Of a stretch of DNA of 64,000 bases, positions 49,601 through 64,000 are shown piece after piece. The first letter of the stretch is position 1; every line of letters begins with the position of its first letter. The notes under the pieces were generated by a model. That model had not been told where the DNA came from and did no database searches. It saw only the letters and a list, made by a program, of their open reading frames with translations. This DNA is from Antedon mediterranea. Lineage: Eukaryota > Animalia > Echinodermata. The translations under genes and the position numbers were made by a program. The stretch spans positions 30,150,871 through 30,214,870 of the forward strand of contig NC_092676.1 in the NCBI RefSeq assembly GCF_964355755.1, read 5' to 3'.

Positions 49601-52600
49601 TTGTGTCGCTAGTGGGAACCAAGCTTTAGTAATAATAATAAATACATAATGATGATAATAACACTCCCACACCACCAACATAAATCACAACCCATTATTA
49701 AAATGTATATTCGTCAGTGTTTGAGTAGATGGAAGAATTAAATGTCTATTTAATATACAAATTTCTATGACGGTATAGATATTTTATAAACTGTGGCATT
49801 CGTGTACACGTAAATAGTGATGGTATGATGTTGTAATGAAATTAATACCGTCACTCGTATAACCACCTGTTGACTATACTATTGTTATGATAACGAGACG
49901 AAAAGGCCCCCTAGATGTATTTCATATCGAGTGACACATAGGTCTATCTGTACGTAGGACCATCGCTGACCTCGACATTATTGATTTTTGTCAGTGAAGC
50001 TAGGGAGTACGAACGAACTTAGCAATCTATTGTGTTATTATCTGGCAGACTGACTCTGAATAGGAATCTGGATAGGCAGTACGGATTATATTGCTGTTAT
50101 ATTGGCACAGCTCGTCTTTAATGCGACATATGGATATTAATATCATTGTTGAAAACATTTAGTATCGTTCACGTAAATTGACTAGCGGACGGATATGTGT
50201 TGTGTTCGTTGAAATTCATTTATACAGAGTACCATATTCACATTATGATTTACTGTGGATCGTTCAGACCTATCACGTGATGTTCTTACTTTTCCTAAGT
50301 TAACGTATTGTGGTAATATTTTGTTTTGTATGAGAATTATAAGCATCCCTTATGGCTGTGTTCGATTATGGATGAGGAGAAATTAAACCATTTATTTACC
50401 GCGTGTGACTTAAACGGTAGCGGATTCATTGAGTTAGAGGATTTACAGGAATTATGTGGAGACTTAGCAATAACACATCAAGAATTAAATGAAGTTTTTA
50501 CAGAACTGGACAAAAATAACGATGGAAAAATTAGCCTTATTGAATTTCGTGACGGTTTTCAAAGAGTTGAATCCCTTTTTTCTCGAAAAAGGACTACAAA
50601 CAATAATGAATACATCGCACCGGTTTTTACCGAGCTTAAGGGTTCGGCTAAGGGATCATGGGAAGGATTTATAGCAACTTTAGGATCACATGTCCATCTT
50701 ATTCCAAGGTAAACATTCATATTCATACCATTTAAGACATTTTACTAGAAACTAACTTTAAAATATTAATAGAATTGCCTAATTAAATTCTGAAACAAAA
50801 GGTATTGGTAGTAAATTCTTCAGATTCATCGCAAAGGGACAATCTTTAAAGCGTCGCGCGTTTAAATGTTGTTAATCAACGCGCCGCGCGCGTAAACTTT
50901 GTGTCTATTCGCGAATGATGAACATGCTTATTTAAAGTAAGCAAAAACAGCAAACAATCGTCCACTTATCAATTCAGAGTGAATCTGTCAATAAGACGCT
51001 TTGCAATGTTAGCTCACGAATCTCAAATATTGTTTACATAAACGATTTTGAAATTACAAAAGATTTTTATAACGATTTACATTTTGAAACGGATAGACCT
51101 ATTTCATTGTTTGAACTACCCGATTGTTAAGCCAATATGTTATATTTTGTGTTGTCCCTTGTGTTATGAGTTCAAAAGTCTAAGTTATAATTTTTGCATT
51201 ATGCAATCTCTAGATCTATTTTCTCTGTATTTGTGAATAATAACTGCATTTTAAAAGGTATAATAATTGTACATCAGCACATTCTTGCATTCCATAATGC
51301 ATATCCAACCATCTTACTTCAACATGGTGTCAGTCTAGTTTATTATTTATTAATAACTGTCATCGCTATGCTATAAACTATTATCACTGCTAAATGTTTA
51401 CAATCATTAACCAAAGAAACACAAAATCTACGCGTGCGTAATATTATTATCAGCGTTTTAACGCGCGCGTCAAACTTGTATATCCACGTGACGTCATGAC
51501 AATATCTACGAATTATAACCAGAGTGTAGTTTATTCATAGTTCAGTACTGCTGTAATATTACGTTTTATTTATGATGACAATTATGTATTCATTTTGTGA
51601 GTGAATTGAGGTACAACTCGTCCTGAATGTTTAGCACTTACATTAGCCAATGTTATGGTTATTTTATGATTTATATATCGTTATGCGTATTACTGAACGA
51701 AGTCAACAGTCAACATGGAATGTATTAAGTATGTACATGATGTTTGAATGGGCTCTCGGCCACCAAAATGGGCAGTAGCAAACAGATAGTAGTGTTTGTC
51801 TAAATCAAAACTTTAGCAAACAGCATGTATAAATTGGGGTTTGTTAAAACTAGATGTAAACATTATTTATGTCAATAATTCTCAGATATAGCAAAATACA
51901 AAGTTACTTTACTGATAGCCTTCATCGTTTGAAGTCCTTTATCGTCCTTGTATGAATATCCAAGTTTTGTGCTTTTTTTTACGCGGCCTCATGAGTACTA
52001 CTAACTATTTGACGCTGGGCCAGCTACACCACCCTTTTATTTCGAAATACATTGTTACAATCGTGACAAAGTCATTCAGAAATGAATCAATAAAATAATC
52101 AATTTTGTTTGCCGCGATCCATACAATCACTGCCAGTATGGCCGTCTGTTTTCAAGTTTAATCGGGGAAAATCATTTTTAATTATTTACTTTTTATGACG
52201 AAAATGTCACAAAATCAGACCAGGGATGAGTGAAATTACTCTTAATTTCACTCTTCCCTGATCAGGCCTTAAATGTCAACCGTTTTAAATCCAGATCATA
52301 TCTACTACTACTAATTATTTGAGCAGGATAAACCAGGACAGACTGTAGTCATTATTTTGATACAAATTATTAATAATTTCTGTTAGATAATTGCCACCCT
52401 CTGATAGGATTACGTTGTAATACCATGATGAATTATAATATAGTGTGAAATGCTCGTTTCAAATCATGAATCACTAGAAATGTTCAGTTTGTGAACTAAT
52501 TATATACTCCTTATTGTATAATATCTTTACGTAATTTTCAATTGAATCTATGTACTTCATTGTTTTTGTCGAAGCACTGTACGAGGTATCCATACAAAAC

Positions 52601-55600
52601 ATCTAATAATATGATGTTAACAACATAGCTGGTGGACGGATTGCCCTTCTATGTCAATAGCAACTAATTGACCTTTCACCTGCACTTATAATTCAGAATA
52701 ATATTTAGTTTCTTATCGCTGATTGGTTGGACAAGTTCTCCTTATTTGCATTTCTTCTATACGTCGCTTTATGCGGATTTAATTTTATTAGAGTAAAGTT
52801 ATATACTGTACAAGATTGTCCTTCACTAAACCTTTGTTTGTTGTGTCTGTTTTCTATGTGATATCGATTAAATCAGACTTGACATTTCATAGGCCTAATT
52901 AATATCTAGATACGATACACAAATTTATAATCATAATCTTGTAATCATTGGAGTACCCGCGCGGAAGTATTCATGTTTATTTCCAATTGTTATGCTCATT
53001 TTTGTGAATGTTTTAAATGTCATTTGCTCATGTAGTTTAATGTTACTAACTGAATTTAAAGGTATATTAGTAGTTTTTTTTCTTCACGAAACTCGTTATT
53101 TGTGCTTTCATACGTGGCTATATAAAATTTAAGCTGACGCGTTTCATAATAGAGTTGAACGGTTCCAAAACATTAAAGTAGATCCGTATAATAGCATTGA
53201 CGTATCTAGTATACAAGAGTGATGCTGACTGTATTTCATTTGTTTATAATAAAGCTTTTGTAATGCTTGTTATTATAAACAAAAGCTCACTTATTTTATT
53301 GATTTTGAAAACATTGCGTCTATATTAAAAGTGTACAGCAGAGAAAATTATGTATGATGCGGGTATTTCATTTTTTGTACTGGGGCTTCTATAGGATATC
53401 AACAACAACAATTAGAAACAGTGAACGTTTAGTGTTATGGTTTGGTTTTGGTAGTATTGCATTGATTAAGTACAAACTTATATGGACAAGTAAAACCTTC
53501 TCAGTCCTCTGTCTCGCTCTCTCCATAAAGTTTGTAATACTGTAGGCCTACATTCCATCGGTTCACGTAAAAATACACCCGTTTTATTCGGTCATTGTTC
53601 TCAAATCCCTAGATAAATATCATTTACGCTAAATTAATTTTTTACAAAGCAAGCTATTATGAAATCATCTGTCCTGTATTGATCGGATGTATTCTTCGAT
53701 TTGCCGGCAAATTTGCCAAAAACAGTAAATTGTGGTCATCGTGACCCTGTTTCATGGTAACATTGTGGCTTTAGTAGGTCTAGTTACAGATAAGATCTAA
53801 TGATGATGATGATATCTTTATGATACTTGTGAAATAGCATACGAATGTGTATTACAGCACTGTATCACGGAATAACAACCATGACAAACAGAAGTTGACA
53901 CGTGACATTGTATCGCTATAGCCTTATCCAAATTGATTTAAAATTTAAATTCAATAAACATCCATCTTTCATTAAAGTTATAATATTATTTTAAATCACT
54001 AAGCTTATTTTAAAGCATAAATTCTGAATGTCTGCTCAGATTGACGTGATCAGGCCAACGTACTATTTCCAAATATGGATATTATTTTCCGAATATGAAT
54101 ATTATTTTCTCCACGTAAGGTTATTAATAGAATACTTTACTTAACTGTTGACATTTGTAATAATTAGCAAGTTAAATTATTTTGCAATTAAATCATTATT
54201 AATCATTACTTTGTATACCAGCACTTGAATACAAACGATAGAGCTGAAAAACGCTGAATTCTTTGACAGTATTATTACGTAATGGAAAGAGTAGATATTT
54301 CTGAGTTTTCCGTTTGTGATAATAATAATTTACCAAGAGATATCGCGTCTGATGTATAACTTAGGCTATCGAGTACTGGGTAAGTTTCTACTATAAACTA
54401 AGTAACTTGGGCTACTAACTAAGTAATTATAAAGATTTTTGTATATTTTTGAAAAAACTTCTTCAGATGCACCATAAACGAGGAGAAACCGGTGTTAAGT
54501 CAGTCTCGGCCACTTTACTGGTATGTGTAGGAGGAATTTATGCTAAATCTAGAGAGTTTGGACTTTTTTTAAATGAATAAATCTATTTTTGTTTCTTGCA
54601 GTCAAGAGCAAGTGTGCGAACTGTATCAGCAACTCCATTCCTCTGAAACACCACAACTGCTAACCCAATTTGAAACAATTATTTTTGAAGTTGTGAAAGA
54701 CATAAAGCAACAGAATTATGAAATCGAACGCCTTGAAGGGTCCCTTAAAAGGTAAGAACAATATAATACGTAATATGTAAATAGGGGTAGGCTGAGTGCA
54801 CACAGGTGTGGGCGAAACATACCACTACTTTCTCTCAAGCTTTGTCTACACTATCGAACTAGTTTGACAAAAAAATGTGATGTGCCCAAATATGGAAATG
54901 ATGATGTCTAACTAATTTGATAGTGTAGATAGAGCTTTAGGGTTCCTTCGTGTCGAGTGCTGCCACCAAACGGCGCCCATTCGTCTCTCCACAACGACAG
55001 GGGCTGAATATGTAAATAATGCAAATAATATAATTGACATAATGAAGCATTTGAAGAGCAAACATATATCAAGAACAAACAAAACATAGATGACCGTGTT
55101 CTTATATAGTATAAGGTCGTTAGTGATCAATTATTACCGATTGATGATGCATACTGTTATATATTTTCTTTTTGCAGGGCCAATGACTCCCATAGTGAAT
55201 ACTTAAACAAAATGGAGTACGACATAGAATCACAATTATCAAAAGTAGAGCAACGTGTTAGAAAAGAGGTCAATAATTGTTATTATGATTTTAATTAGCA
55301 TTATGAATTATTATTAAATTATTTATTTATTCTTTATACTGGGAAGCCTGTTCAGTAGTAAACTACTGCAAACGTATTCTTAAATTGTTACTCAATATTT
55401 CAATTTCTTACCTCCATTCCCCCACTTCTTCCTTCTCATTCAAGAATTTCATAAATGTTATAAATTATAATAATATAATAAAGAATAAAGAAGAGTCTAT
55501 TACATTACCCATATCATCAAATTAAATTACCTAAACTACATTTATAACGAATTATACATTCGTAACATGTTTTTTCGTCATCATGTTTATTGATTTTTAT

Positions 55601-58600
55601 TTAATTCAGGAAAGGGAAAGATCAGAATTAGAAAAAATGGAGACTAGACGACAGTTAGAGGCGGAAATAATGGAATTGCAAGCTAACCTAACAAGGTTTC
55701 AAAAGGTATAAACATATATCTTCGTCGTTTTGTTCAATTCGTTCTGTATAATAGTATGAAATAGGCCTAAATTTTAAAAAACATTAAAAAAGTAGATTCT
55801 GTATCTGCTGTTGAAGAAAGTGTAAATTGTTATCAGTTACTGTTAATATTTCATATTATTTTTACCTAAATTTAGTTTTCACTATATATTTTTACACCCA
55901 TAGTTTGAAGCAAGGATGTACAGTCGTGACAAGCCAAGGGATGAGATGGTTCAGGAACTTAAGCGTCAGGTTGAAGAACTTATGGTTGAAAATAGGACGC
56001 TGAGATCAAACTTAACAGAAGCACAAACTAACCTAGCCCTCACCAGATCTGATCTTGCAACCGTTCATTCAGAATACGATGAACAGATGGACTTTATCAC
56101 TAGGTTAATATTCTTTATTGTGTTTTTGCTAGATCCGATATAAAGTAGGCCTATTTAAAATATTTGAAACTGATCGACAATGACAACTACATTTATCACA
56201 TGTTTTCATTATTCCAATTAAATTGTTTTTTTCATTTAAATTACAGCGATCGTGATCAACTAAAAGAAATTGAGCGAGAAAATGATAATCTCCATCGACA
56301 GGTTCAATTATTACAGTAAGGAAAATAATGTTTTACTTAAGTAAACGAGTTGACATTGACTTCTGACGCAATACACCCTTGATACAGACGCATTGGCACA
56401 TCATAACTCTAACATTCTCAATTTATTTTAGGGATGCCAACAAGAAATTACAAGACACAAATGATGATTTGCGGTCAGCGTTGGACACGAGAGCGAAGGT
56501 AAATAAACTGAACGACGCGCAACTCTGATGATTTGTCGAAATTCAGTTGCGATGAACGTACGTGCGCGTACGTCATGTGATGCCCATACGTCATATGTGA
56601 ACCAAGCTTAAGCATAATAGTAAAAAAAACTAAAATATAAAAATATGGCATTAAAATAATCTATTTATACTTTCGGAGAATCGTATTTGATTAAATGTAG
56701 GTTATATTAACAATAATTTCTTTAGAGTGTGAGTCATTGCCATCTGTGTAACCATATGTTCTGTTGTTGGCATTATACATTTTCCCTTTTATCTTTGCGT
56801 AGAAAATGAATTAATCAACAAAAACGTAATATCTCAAAAATAAAAGGATAGAGTACACTACCTTGTCATCTGACAGTCTTCTTTCTCTTTCTTGATACAG
56901 TAGTACACACAAAACACTACCTTGTCATCTGACAGTCTTCTTTCTCTTTCTTGATACAGTAGTACACACAAAACACCATATTGATTTTATCGTACACAGT
57001 TCATGTTTATTCCGATTCCATTCGTATTTCATTATTATAATTGGATAATAATGAACTATGTTTTAAAGTAGATAATTTAAACCCGGATTCAAAAACATTT
57101 TGTAGTCCATTATTAAAAGTTTTATGTTTTTCTAGACTGGTTCCCGGACTCCAACGCCTGGTAAATTTGGAGGACAAAACGGTCCCTCTTTTATGAGCGA
57201 CTACTTAGACCCGAATGAAATCAGGTAAATAAATCAATCAAGTACTACTCCATATACATCATCATATATTTCATAATTGTATATGATGCATTATAATCTT
57301 TTTTTACTAAGAGTAATTTTTTAATATAATTCTTTTTTATAGCAAACGCCGTCGTCGTAGCTCACTGTATTATCAGCAAACAGGAGATGGTGAGAGCGTT
57401 CCCGATGAAGCAGGTACCATAGCAACGTTACCAAAACAACCTTTGCAAAAACACTTAGTATTTCAATTTAGGATATACATTACATCACATATTAAACATT
57501 TTTATAATCATATTTGTAATAACGAAACAATGTTTTGAGAAAAAAATGCCTGCGCGACGCATGGTGGGAATTATTTAGGAGCAAACGTCACGACGCGTAC
57601 GTACGTGATTTGTTGTCTGTACGTATGTCCGGCCCAAACCATTCCCATTATGTATTGTGCAATGACGTTACTCTCGCGCGCGAAAGCAAGCTATTTGCAA
57701 TAAACCTTATCAAAATGTTTTTTTTTTTAAAGATTCGGGTAATTCAACGATGAGAGATCCAAATGAACTAGACTCCGAGATTGACGTGTTGAGTTTGGAT
57801 GGTGAACTTCGTCGAGTTCTGGAGGACCATTCCCGCCCTCCTCGTGAGATTTCAGTTCCAGTTAAAGAGGTAGGATTATAATATGTTTCTGAATAGAAAT
57901 AAAATATGGTTGATAATTCGATTCAATATTATCTATTTATTCATCCCTCATGGGTCATAATTAAAAGACAATGTCTAAACCATCTGTTTCGAATTTACGT
58001 TGGGTAGGCCTACTGCAGCTGCAAACCCAACTTTACCAGTGTTTCTATTTCATATTTCTAAGTACGTTGGGTAGGCCTACTGCAGCTGCAAACCCAACTT
58101 TACCAGTGTTTCTATTTCATATTTACGTTGGGTAGGCCTACTGCAGCTGCAAACCCAACTTTACCAGTGTTTCTATTTCATATTTACGTTGGGTAGGCCT
58201 ACTGCAGCTGCAAACCCAACTTTACCAGTGTTTCTATTTCATATTTCCAAGTACGTTGGGTAGGCCTACTGCAGCTGCAAACCCAACTTTACCAGTTTTT
58301 CTATTTCATATTTCCAAGTACGTTGGGTAGGCCTACTGCAGCTGCAAACCCAACTTTACCAGTGTTTCTATTTCATATTTCCAAGTACGTTGGGTAGGCC
58401 TACTGCAGCTGCAAACCCAACTTTACCAGTGTTTCTATTTCATATTTCCAAGTACGTTTGGTAGGCCTACTGCAGCTGCAAACCCAACTTTACCAGTGTT
58501 TCTATTTCGTATTTCCAAGTACGTTTGGTAGGCCTACTGCAGCTGCAAACCCCAACTTTACCAGTGTTTCTATTTCGTATTTCCAAGTACGTTGGATAGG

Positions 58601-58767
58601 CCTACTGCAGCTGCAAACCCAACTTTACCAGTGTTTCTATTTCATATTTCCAAGTACGTTGGGTAGGCCTACTGCAGCTGCAAACCCAACTTTACCAGTG
58701 TTTTAATTAAAATAAATATTAAATTAAATACAAAATGTGTAAAAATATGTAAACATAATGATGTGCA

Positions 58768-58827
<60 letters not shown>

Positions 58828-61800
58828 CTGATATACAATATCAAACTTGTGACAAAAAATGAGATGTACCCATATATGAACATGATGATGTCATATCAAT
58901 ACCACATTTGGGCACATCACACTTTTTTCAACTAGTTTTGATAGTGTAGACAGATTTATGATAAAATTGTTTTTCAATGTATGTGTCCCATAATGATATT
59001 GTAATTGTGTTAGTTTTATGTATTTTGTGATTAGATCCCTATCGGAAAGCAGTACTAATAATAAAGAAGATTAAACATAACAGTTGATTTTTTTTTTTAT
59101 AATTTCAGAGTTCATCAGGGAAAGCTACTGAAGCGAGGACTGAAGGAGAAAGCAGTCAGAAAGAACCCGTATCGGAACCATCATCCAAGTGTTCGACACC
59201 AGACTCAGCAAAGACGATGACAGCTAAGCTTCTGCGTAGTGATACTTTACGAGGAAGTGGACGTAAAAGGACGTTACCGCAGGTTCCTTCTAAGGTATCA
59301 GACGATGAAAATGACGAAAATGAAGAAGATTTATTTCAGAAATTATATTCCACAATTAAAAATGTTTTAGAGGTAGGGGATAGTTAGTATTAGACCCTGT
59401 GGTCACGTGATCCTCTGTCGTGCATGGTGATTGGATGATTCCTGATTTACCTTCTAATCTTCACATTTTGATGTGTTAAGCATGAAGTGTGCTGCTAAGT
59501 ACATACTTACTTATTTACCACTCAGGGCATACACTTATTCTAGTCAATTTTTATTTGTAAACTCATTAATAACATTCCTACCAACCCCTTTTTTACATGT
59601 AATTTTACTGTTTTGTGTAAAAATATAATTTACATTTTAAATATAACGTTGCCTTTAGTCGTATAGTTTTTATCATGTTGTTTCATTGTTGTGTTGTGCA
59701 AAAACAATTTGTTTTGTTTCGGACTGTAAATTCGTCAATCGATATTGCTAGCGTATGTTTATATACAGACCCAATGATAAATCAAGAATATAGTCCATCT
59801 TCACATCCATAAATCTAAAAATATATTTATAAATTTATAATAGCAACTTTGATATTAATTTTTTTCAGACCCCAACTGTATCGCCCTCTACAGTTCCCCA
59901 ACAACCACCAGATCGGATGTACAAGATTGTTTTAGCAGGAGACGCAGCCGTTGGAAAATCAAGTTTTATTTTGAGGTTATGTAAGGGTGTCTTCCATCAA
60001 AACCTTAACTCTACGCTCGGTAAGAAATCAAAATCAAACTTGGTTCCCACTAGGACGCAACACAAGGACGTGTAACCGCAACAATGCACTTGTTGACCAA
60101 TGACAAGCGAAAGTTCGAATAATCCTTCGTTTGTGATTGGTCAAATTACCTGCGTTGCGCTTACGTCTTGTGAGAACCAAGCTTAAATGACGGCGTTATT
60201 ACACACATCTATAAACACGATTGGTTTTAGTTCATTCATTCATCATTTTAGGAATAATTATATACCATATCAAATAAATATAATATGGTATTTTAAACAA
60301 AATAATTTTTTTGCTCGTTTAGGAGTTGACTTCCAAATGAAAACGATTGAAATTGATCACAAAGTGACAACACTTCAGTTGTGGGATACGGCCGGTCAGG
60401 AACGATTCCGTAGCATCGCTAAATCGTACTTCCGACGGGCTGACGGAGTTCTCTTATTGTACGACTGTACGTACGAAAGGTCGTTTATTAACGTCCGAGA
60501 TTGGATCGAAGCTATTGAGGTACGTATTTGTAGATATAGATGATGCATAACTTGGTTCCCACTGGAGAGGCAAGGCAAGAATGTAAACGCACCGAAAGAA
60601 TAATCCAGTGTTTGGTCAAATTACTGTGCGCTTACGTCATTATGTTGCGTCTCCTTGTGTGAACCAAATATCATTGAAGCTACCGTTTGATGACGAACAA
60701 ATTATGTTGACCGTTTAAGTGACAATGATTAAGCCACGTGACTAACAGGAGATGTGTTTATCAATTCCACTTTTAGGATGGTGCGCAAAAGACTATTCCT
60801 GTGATGATTTGTGCAAACAAAATTGACGCACGCGCACAAGCCAGTGCCGAGGGATTGAGGTGTATTCGGACGGAAGATGGCGAGAGGTTGGCCAAGGTAT
60901 TCAGAAGTTTATATATTTCTAAAATAATTAAACGGACGATTGTATAATGCAATCAATATGATTGTAATTTGTAGAGAAATCTGATACATCACATTTGTTT
61001 TTTGACATATAGTTTGATAGTGTAAGACAGAGCTTTAAAAAGTCATTGTTATCTTAAAATATTAATAGTATATTATTTTATTTTGTTTAGTCATTTAATG
61101 CATTGTTTATTGAAACGAGTGCGAAAGATGGGTCGAATATCAATGAGGCCGTAATGGAACTTGGAAGGTAAGTAAAATACTTTAGACTATAGGTGGTTAC
61201 CTCCTCCCTAAATAATGGACCTGACATATTGTGTCCTGCCAATGAAAGTGATTCACTTCACTTCTTTTGGTTTTCCATATTTTATGTTTCTCTGTTTTTT
61301 TATTGTTGTACCTTTGTACTGTGCTTGTTTTTTATACAAATAAATTAAATTAAATGAAACAATTTGTCACAAAAACGTAATCATTAGTGTCACTTGCGTA
61401 GACTAATAACGGTCTTGTTTTATCGCTTAATAAATTTAATTTATTATTATTATTATTATTTATTTACAGTATTAAATATTTCTGTGGTAACAAAAACATA
61501 TTTTCCATAAATTATTAAAAAATTGTGTATTTATAGTATACAATTAACTAGTGAAATAATGGGCATGTAATTCATAATTAAAGAACTATCTTTGATTTGT
61601 ATGTATTTTTGCGATTAAAGGACATCTTTTTAACAATTAATCATAAATATATCTGAAGAAAGAACAATGATTAATTTTAAAATGTCGAGCGGCGTTTTTT
61701 GTAAGAAACATTTCTTTTTTTATTGTTTTTTTTAAATGAATATTATACTTTTAATTTGTAGACGTTTGCGACAAACAGAAGATATAGAAGTCCAACAAAG

Positions 61801-61861
61801 TGGGTTAAAACTAACAGACGGTGAGGGCGTCAAGAAAGAATCAAAGTGTTGTGATTTTTAA
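46649..61861 (+). CDS. RASEF: Ras and EF-hand domain-containing protein (Rab45), multi-exon span
   Basis: EF-hands ([13 protein letters not shown]; [13 protein letters not shown]), coiled-coil exons, and a Rab domain ([50 protein letters not shown]); C-terminal KCCDF*. Confidence 0.92.
47582..47733. mobile_element. MITE family A copy
   Basis: AGCGTGGTCCCACCTAG...CTAGTGGTAACC with internal TGACCAAT/ATTGGTCA. Confidence 0.8.
48522..48676. mobile_element. MITE family B copy
   Basis: AGCTCTGTCTACACTATAAAAC...GTTTGATAGTGTAGACAGATCT. Confidence 0.8.
49475..49625. mobile_element. MITE family A copy
   Basis: TAA-AGCGTGGTTCCCACTAG...CTAGTGGGAACCAAGCT-TTA. Confidence 0.85.
57995..58703. repeat. 61-68-bp minisatellite (~11 copies) with nested palindromes, in a RASEF intron
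   Basis: Unit TACGTTGGGTAGGCCTACTGCAGCTGCAAACCCAACTTTACCAGTGTTTCTATTTCATATTTCCAAG. Confidence 0.93.
58769..58822. repeat. (TA)n microsatellite
   Basis: Pure TA run. Confidence 0.95.
60038..60183. mobile_element. MITE family A copy
   Basis: ACTTGGTTCCCACTAGGACGCAAC...GTGAGAACCAAGCT. Confidence 0.8.
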
Positions 61862-64000
61862 GTCATCACCATGACGTGCTTCCTTAAGTTGTTTTCTTAA
61901 GTCTTAAGTGTTCAGACTTAACAGTCAGTGTGCTTCCTTAAGTCGTTTTTTACGTCAAGTACGTGTGAAATTACAACAATGATTTGATTCCATGTACTTC
62001 CTTAAGTCGACAGTGCTTCCAACATCGCCAATATAATTGTCTCTCCAGACTCTTGTTTCAATGCCTTGCTTAAAGACCAGAGCAAGCATACTGAATACAA
62101 ATCACGTGGTCGTCTTCCCATACTAAGTATTATTAATTAATTTAAGCAACTTCCTAATTGTCACACGGTTTTATTTTATGACATTTTACATACTTCTTCC
62201 ATTTGAGATATATAGGCCTAGAAAGCCTATTTTTATATTTGACGGGATTTTAATATGTTAAGTAAAAATGTAATTGTGTCGCTTTCAAAGTGATTTAAGA
62301 ACTGAGTTTATCGAAACTCTCTTTTAATGTCGTACTTAATAAGCGATCCTTATTTCAGTCACGCGCATGTTCAGACAGTGTGTCTGAGCCTACCCAGAAT
62401 GACTTTTCGACTCGGCACTGCGTTGCGCGTCGTGAAAACGACAGTAAGAAGTAGAGAGAATAACTAAACGAGGTGATAATGACGAGTGTGCTCTTTGCTG
62501 CGCATGACATGAAACGGTATAAAAAGTTTGAAAACTTCGGAATAATGATGGTAGTTCATTAGCATAGGCCCTCTCATTGGACATTTTACGGTAGATTAAT
62601 TTGTATTTAGACATCACGTAGTATTGAGTTAAATAGTGTAAATTATACTTGACTTGAATTTCATCCGCTAGTACCTTGAAGAACAAATTGTACATAATAT
62701 ATTTGTAAATATTGATTTAATTATATTATTTATATAAAAATAAGGTGTGTACTGATTTTATATCATTATGAATAAACTTGTAAGGCACAAGCGTAAAAGG
62801 ACGTAAGCGCAACGCAAGGCAGTGACCAATCACAAGCGATGTCGTTATTGCGTTGCGCGTCCTTGAGTTGCGTCCATAGTGATAGCTTTAGCGATTTAGT
62901 ATAGGTCGATCCTATTGGCTTAAATGTAGACGTCGTAGTTATGACGTAGTTAGTTACCGTCACCGTGGAATCTTCTACTTTATTGTATTTATAAACAAAA
63001 CCTTCCTAATTAATTATTCCTTGAACAAACAACTTTAACCATTTTGTGCAATATACCATTGTGTTCCCTTTAGATATAGTAATACTGTACATAATTAAGG
63101 AACTATTTTCTTATATTTTAGATTTAGACTTTAGATGAAGTTTGTCCATTTTATATAGATTTAAACTATAGTATTTTAACTTGTATAACGAGCAGCGGTG
63201 ATTTGAACATCTTTATTCTGTCAGTACTCATCGTGATGAATAGCATTTATGATATGAATATTATTATAGTTTTTGTGAAATTTACATGAAAAGTGAAGTA
63301 TTGTGTACCTGACCAATAAAATGAGACTGATTTATCGAGCAATATGGTATTTTTTAAAGAAAGACATATTTGAAATCATAGATTGGATGAAAAGTGGAGT
63401 TAGTTTCTCGCGGCAATATTTACGAACGAGTTCCTGCTGGAACCTGCAACAAACTACGTTGTTTCAATAAGTAACTTTGAAATGTTTTATTTCAATCGTA
63501 AGAAAGTACTGTGCCCGCTGATTTGATTCTTAGTTTCCGATAATAAGACAACTTTAATTTAAATTACGCATTTTACAGATGGTATGTGCAATAGTAATAG
63601 TGATTACGTTTTCAATTTCATATTCTTACAGTTTACACCCCCAACCCCTATCCCCCAGTGACACCCATGAGTGGGTATCGATGAAGTCAGGTTTAGTGAA
63701 AACATTTTCCTCTGGTTTCGATTATTGGCCTATGTTGATATGTAGTTCACTGATTGTAAAACAGTATACATTTATTTAACTCATACGTTTCAGCTCAGGT
63801 TAAATTAATTTAATTTTTCATGGTATTTCATTTCATTCCAGCACATACGTCATCTTTATTTTTTCGAGATTCGTGCAAAAATGCAAACGAAGAAAACATA
63901 GTAAACAATAATAAAATGTATGTGGTCCATGTAGTTTAATTGTGTTTTACATTAATATGAACATTTGAATGTTTTTTGCAGAAAGTGAATTTTATTAAAG

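Noticed and set aside
56855-56976. ~59-bp tandem duplication in a RASEF intron
   Set aside because: Real but only two copies, not at a recognised splice junction; unremarkable.
16486-58703. CRISPR-like arrays
   Set aside because: All arrays are head-to-tail repeats without unique spacers, no cas genes are present, and the context is eukaryotic.

Overview
AT-rich, intron-containing metazoan DNA; the gene set looks like an invertebrate deuterostome (inference). Seven host genes are present: RARS2 (-), CHAF1B (+), SPATS1-like (-), CFAP298 (+), an intronless GPR45/GPR63-like GPCR (+), WDR76 (+) and RASEF (+). Mobile elements: (1) a very young Penelope-like retroelement in the last RARS2 intron, inserted as a 4.6 kb inverted structure with a 12-bp TSD and three minimal hammerhead ribozymes; (2) a 5S-rRNA-headed SINE-like element; (3) a degenerate Academ-type (XPG/CXC) DNA transposon with ~730-bp inverted repeats; (4) two abundant MITE families. 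The most unusual theme is that several tandem arrays amplify splice junctions themselves: ~42 acceptors in WDR76, five in-frame donors in CFAP298, and smaller cases in CHAF1B and RARS2. Also notable are five ASF1-binding-like motifs on separate CHAF1B exons, two alternative EF-hand N-termini in RASEF, and a rearranged RARS2 exon. Gene coordinates are hand-derived spans including introns. Identities come from motif recognition, not database searches.
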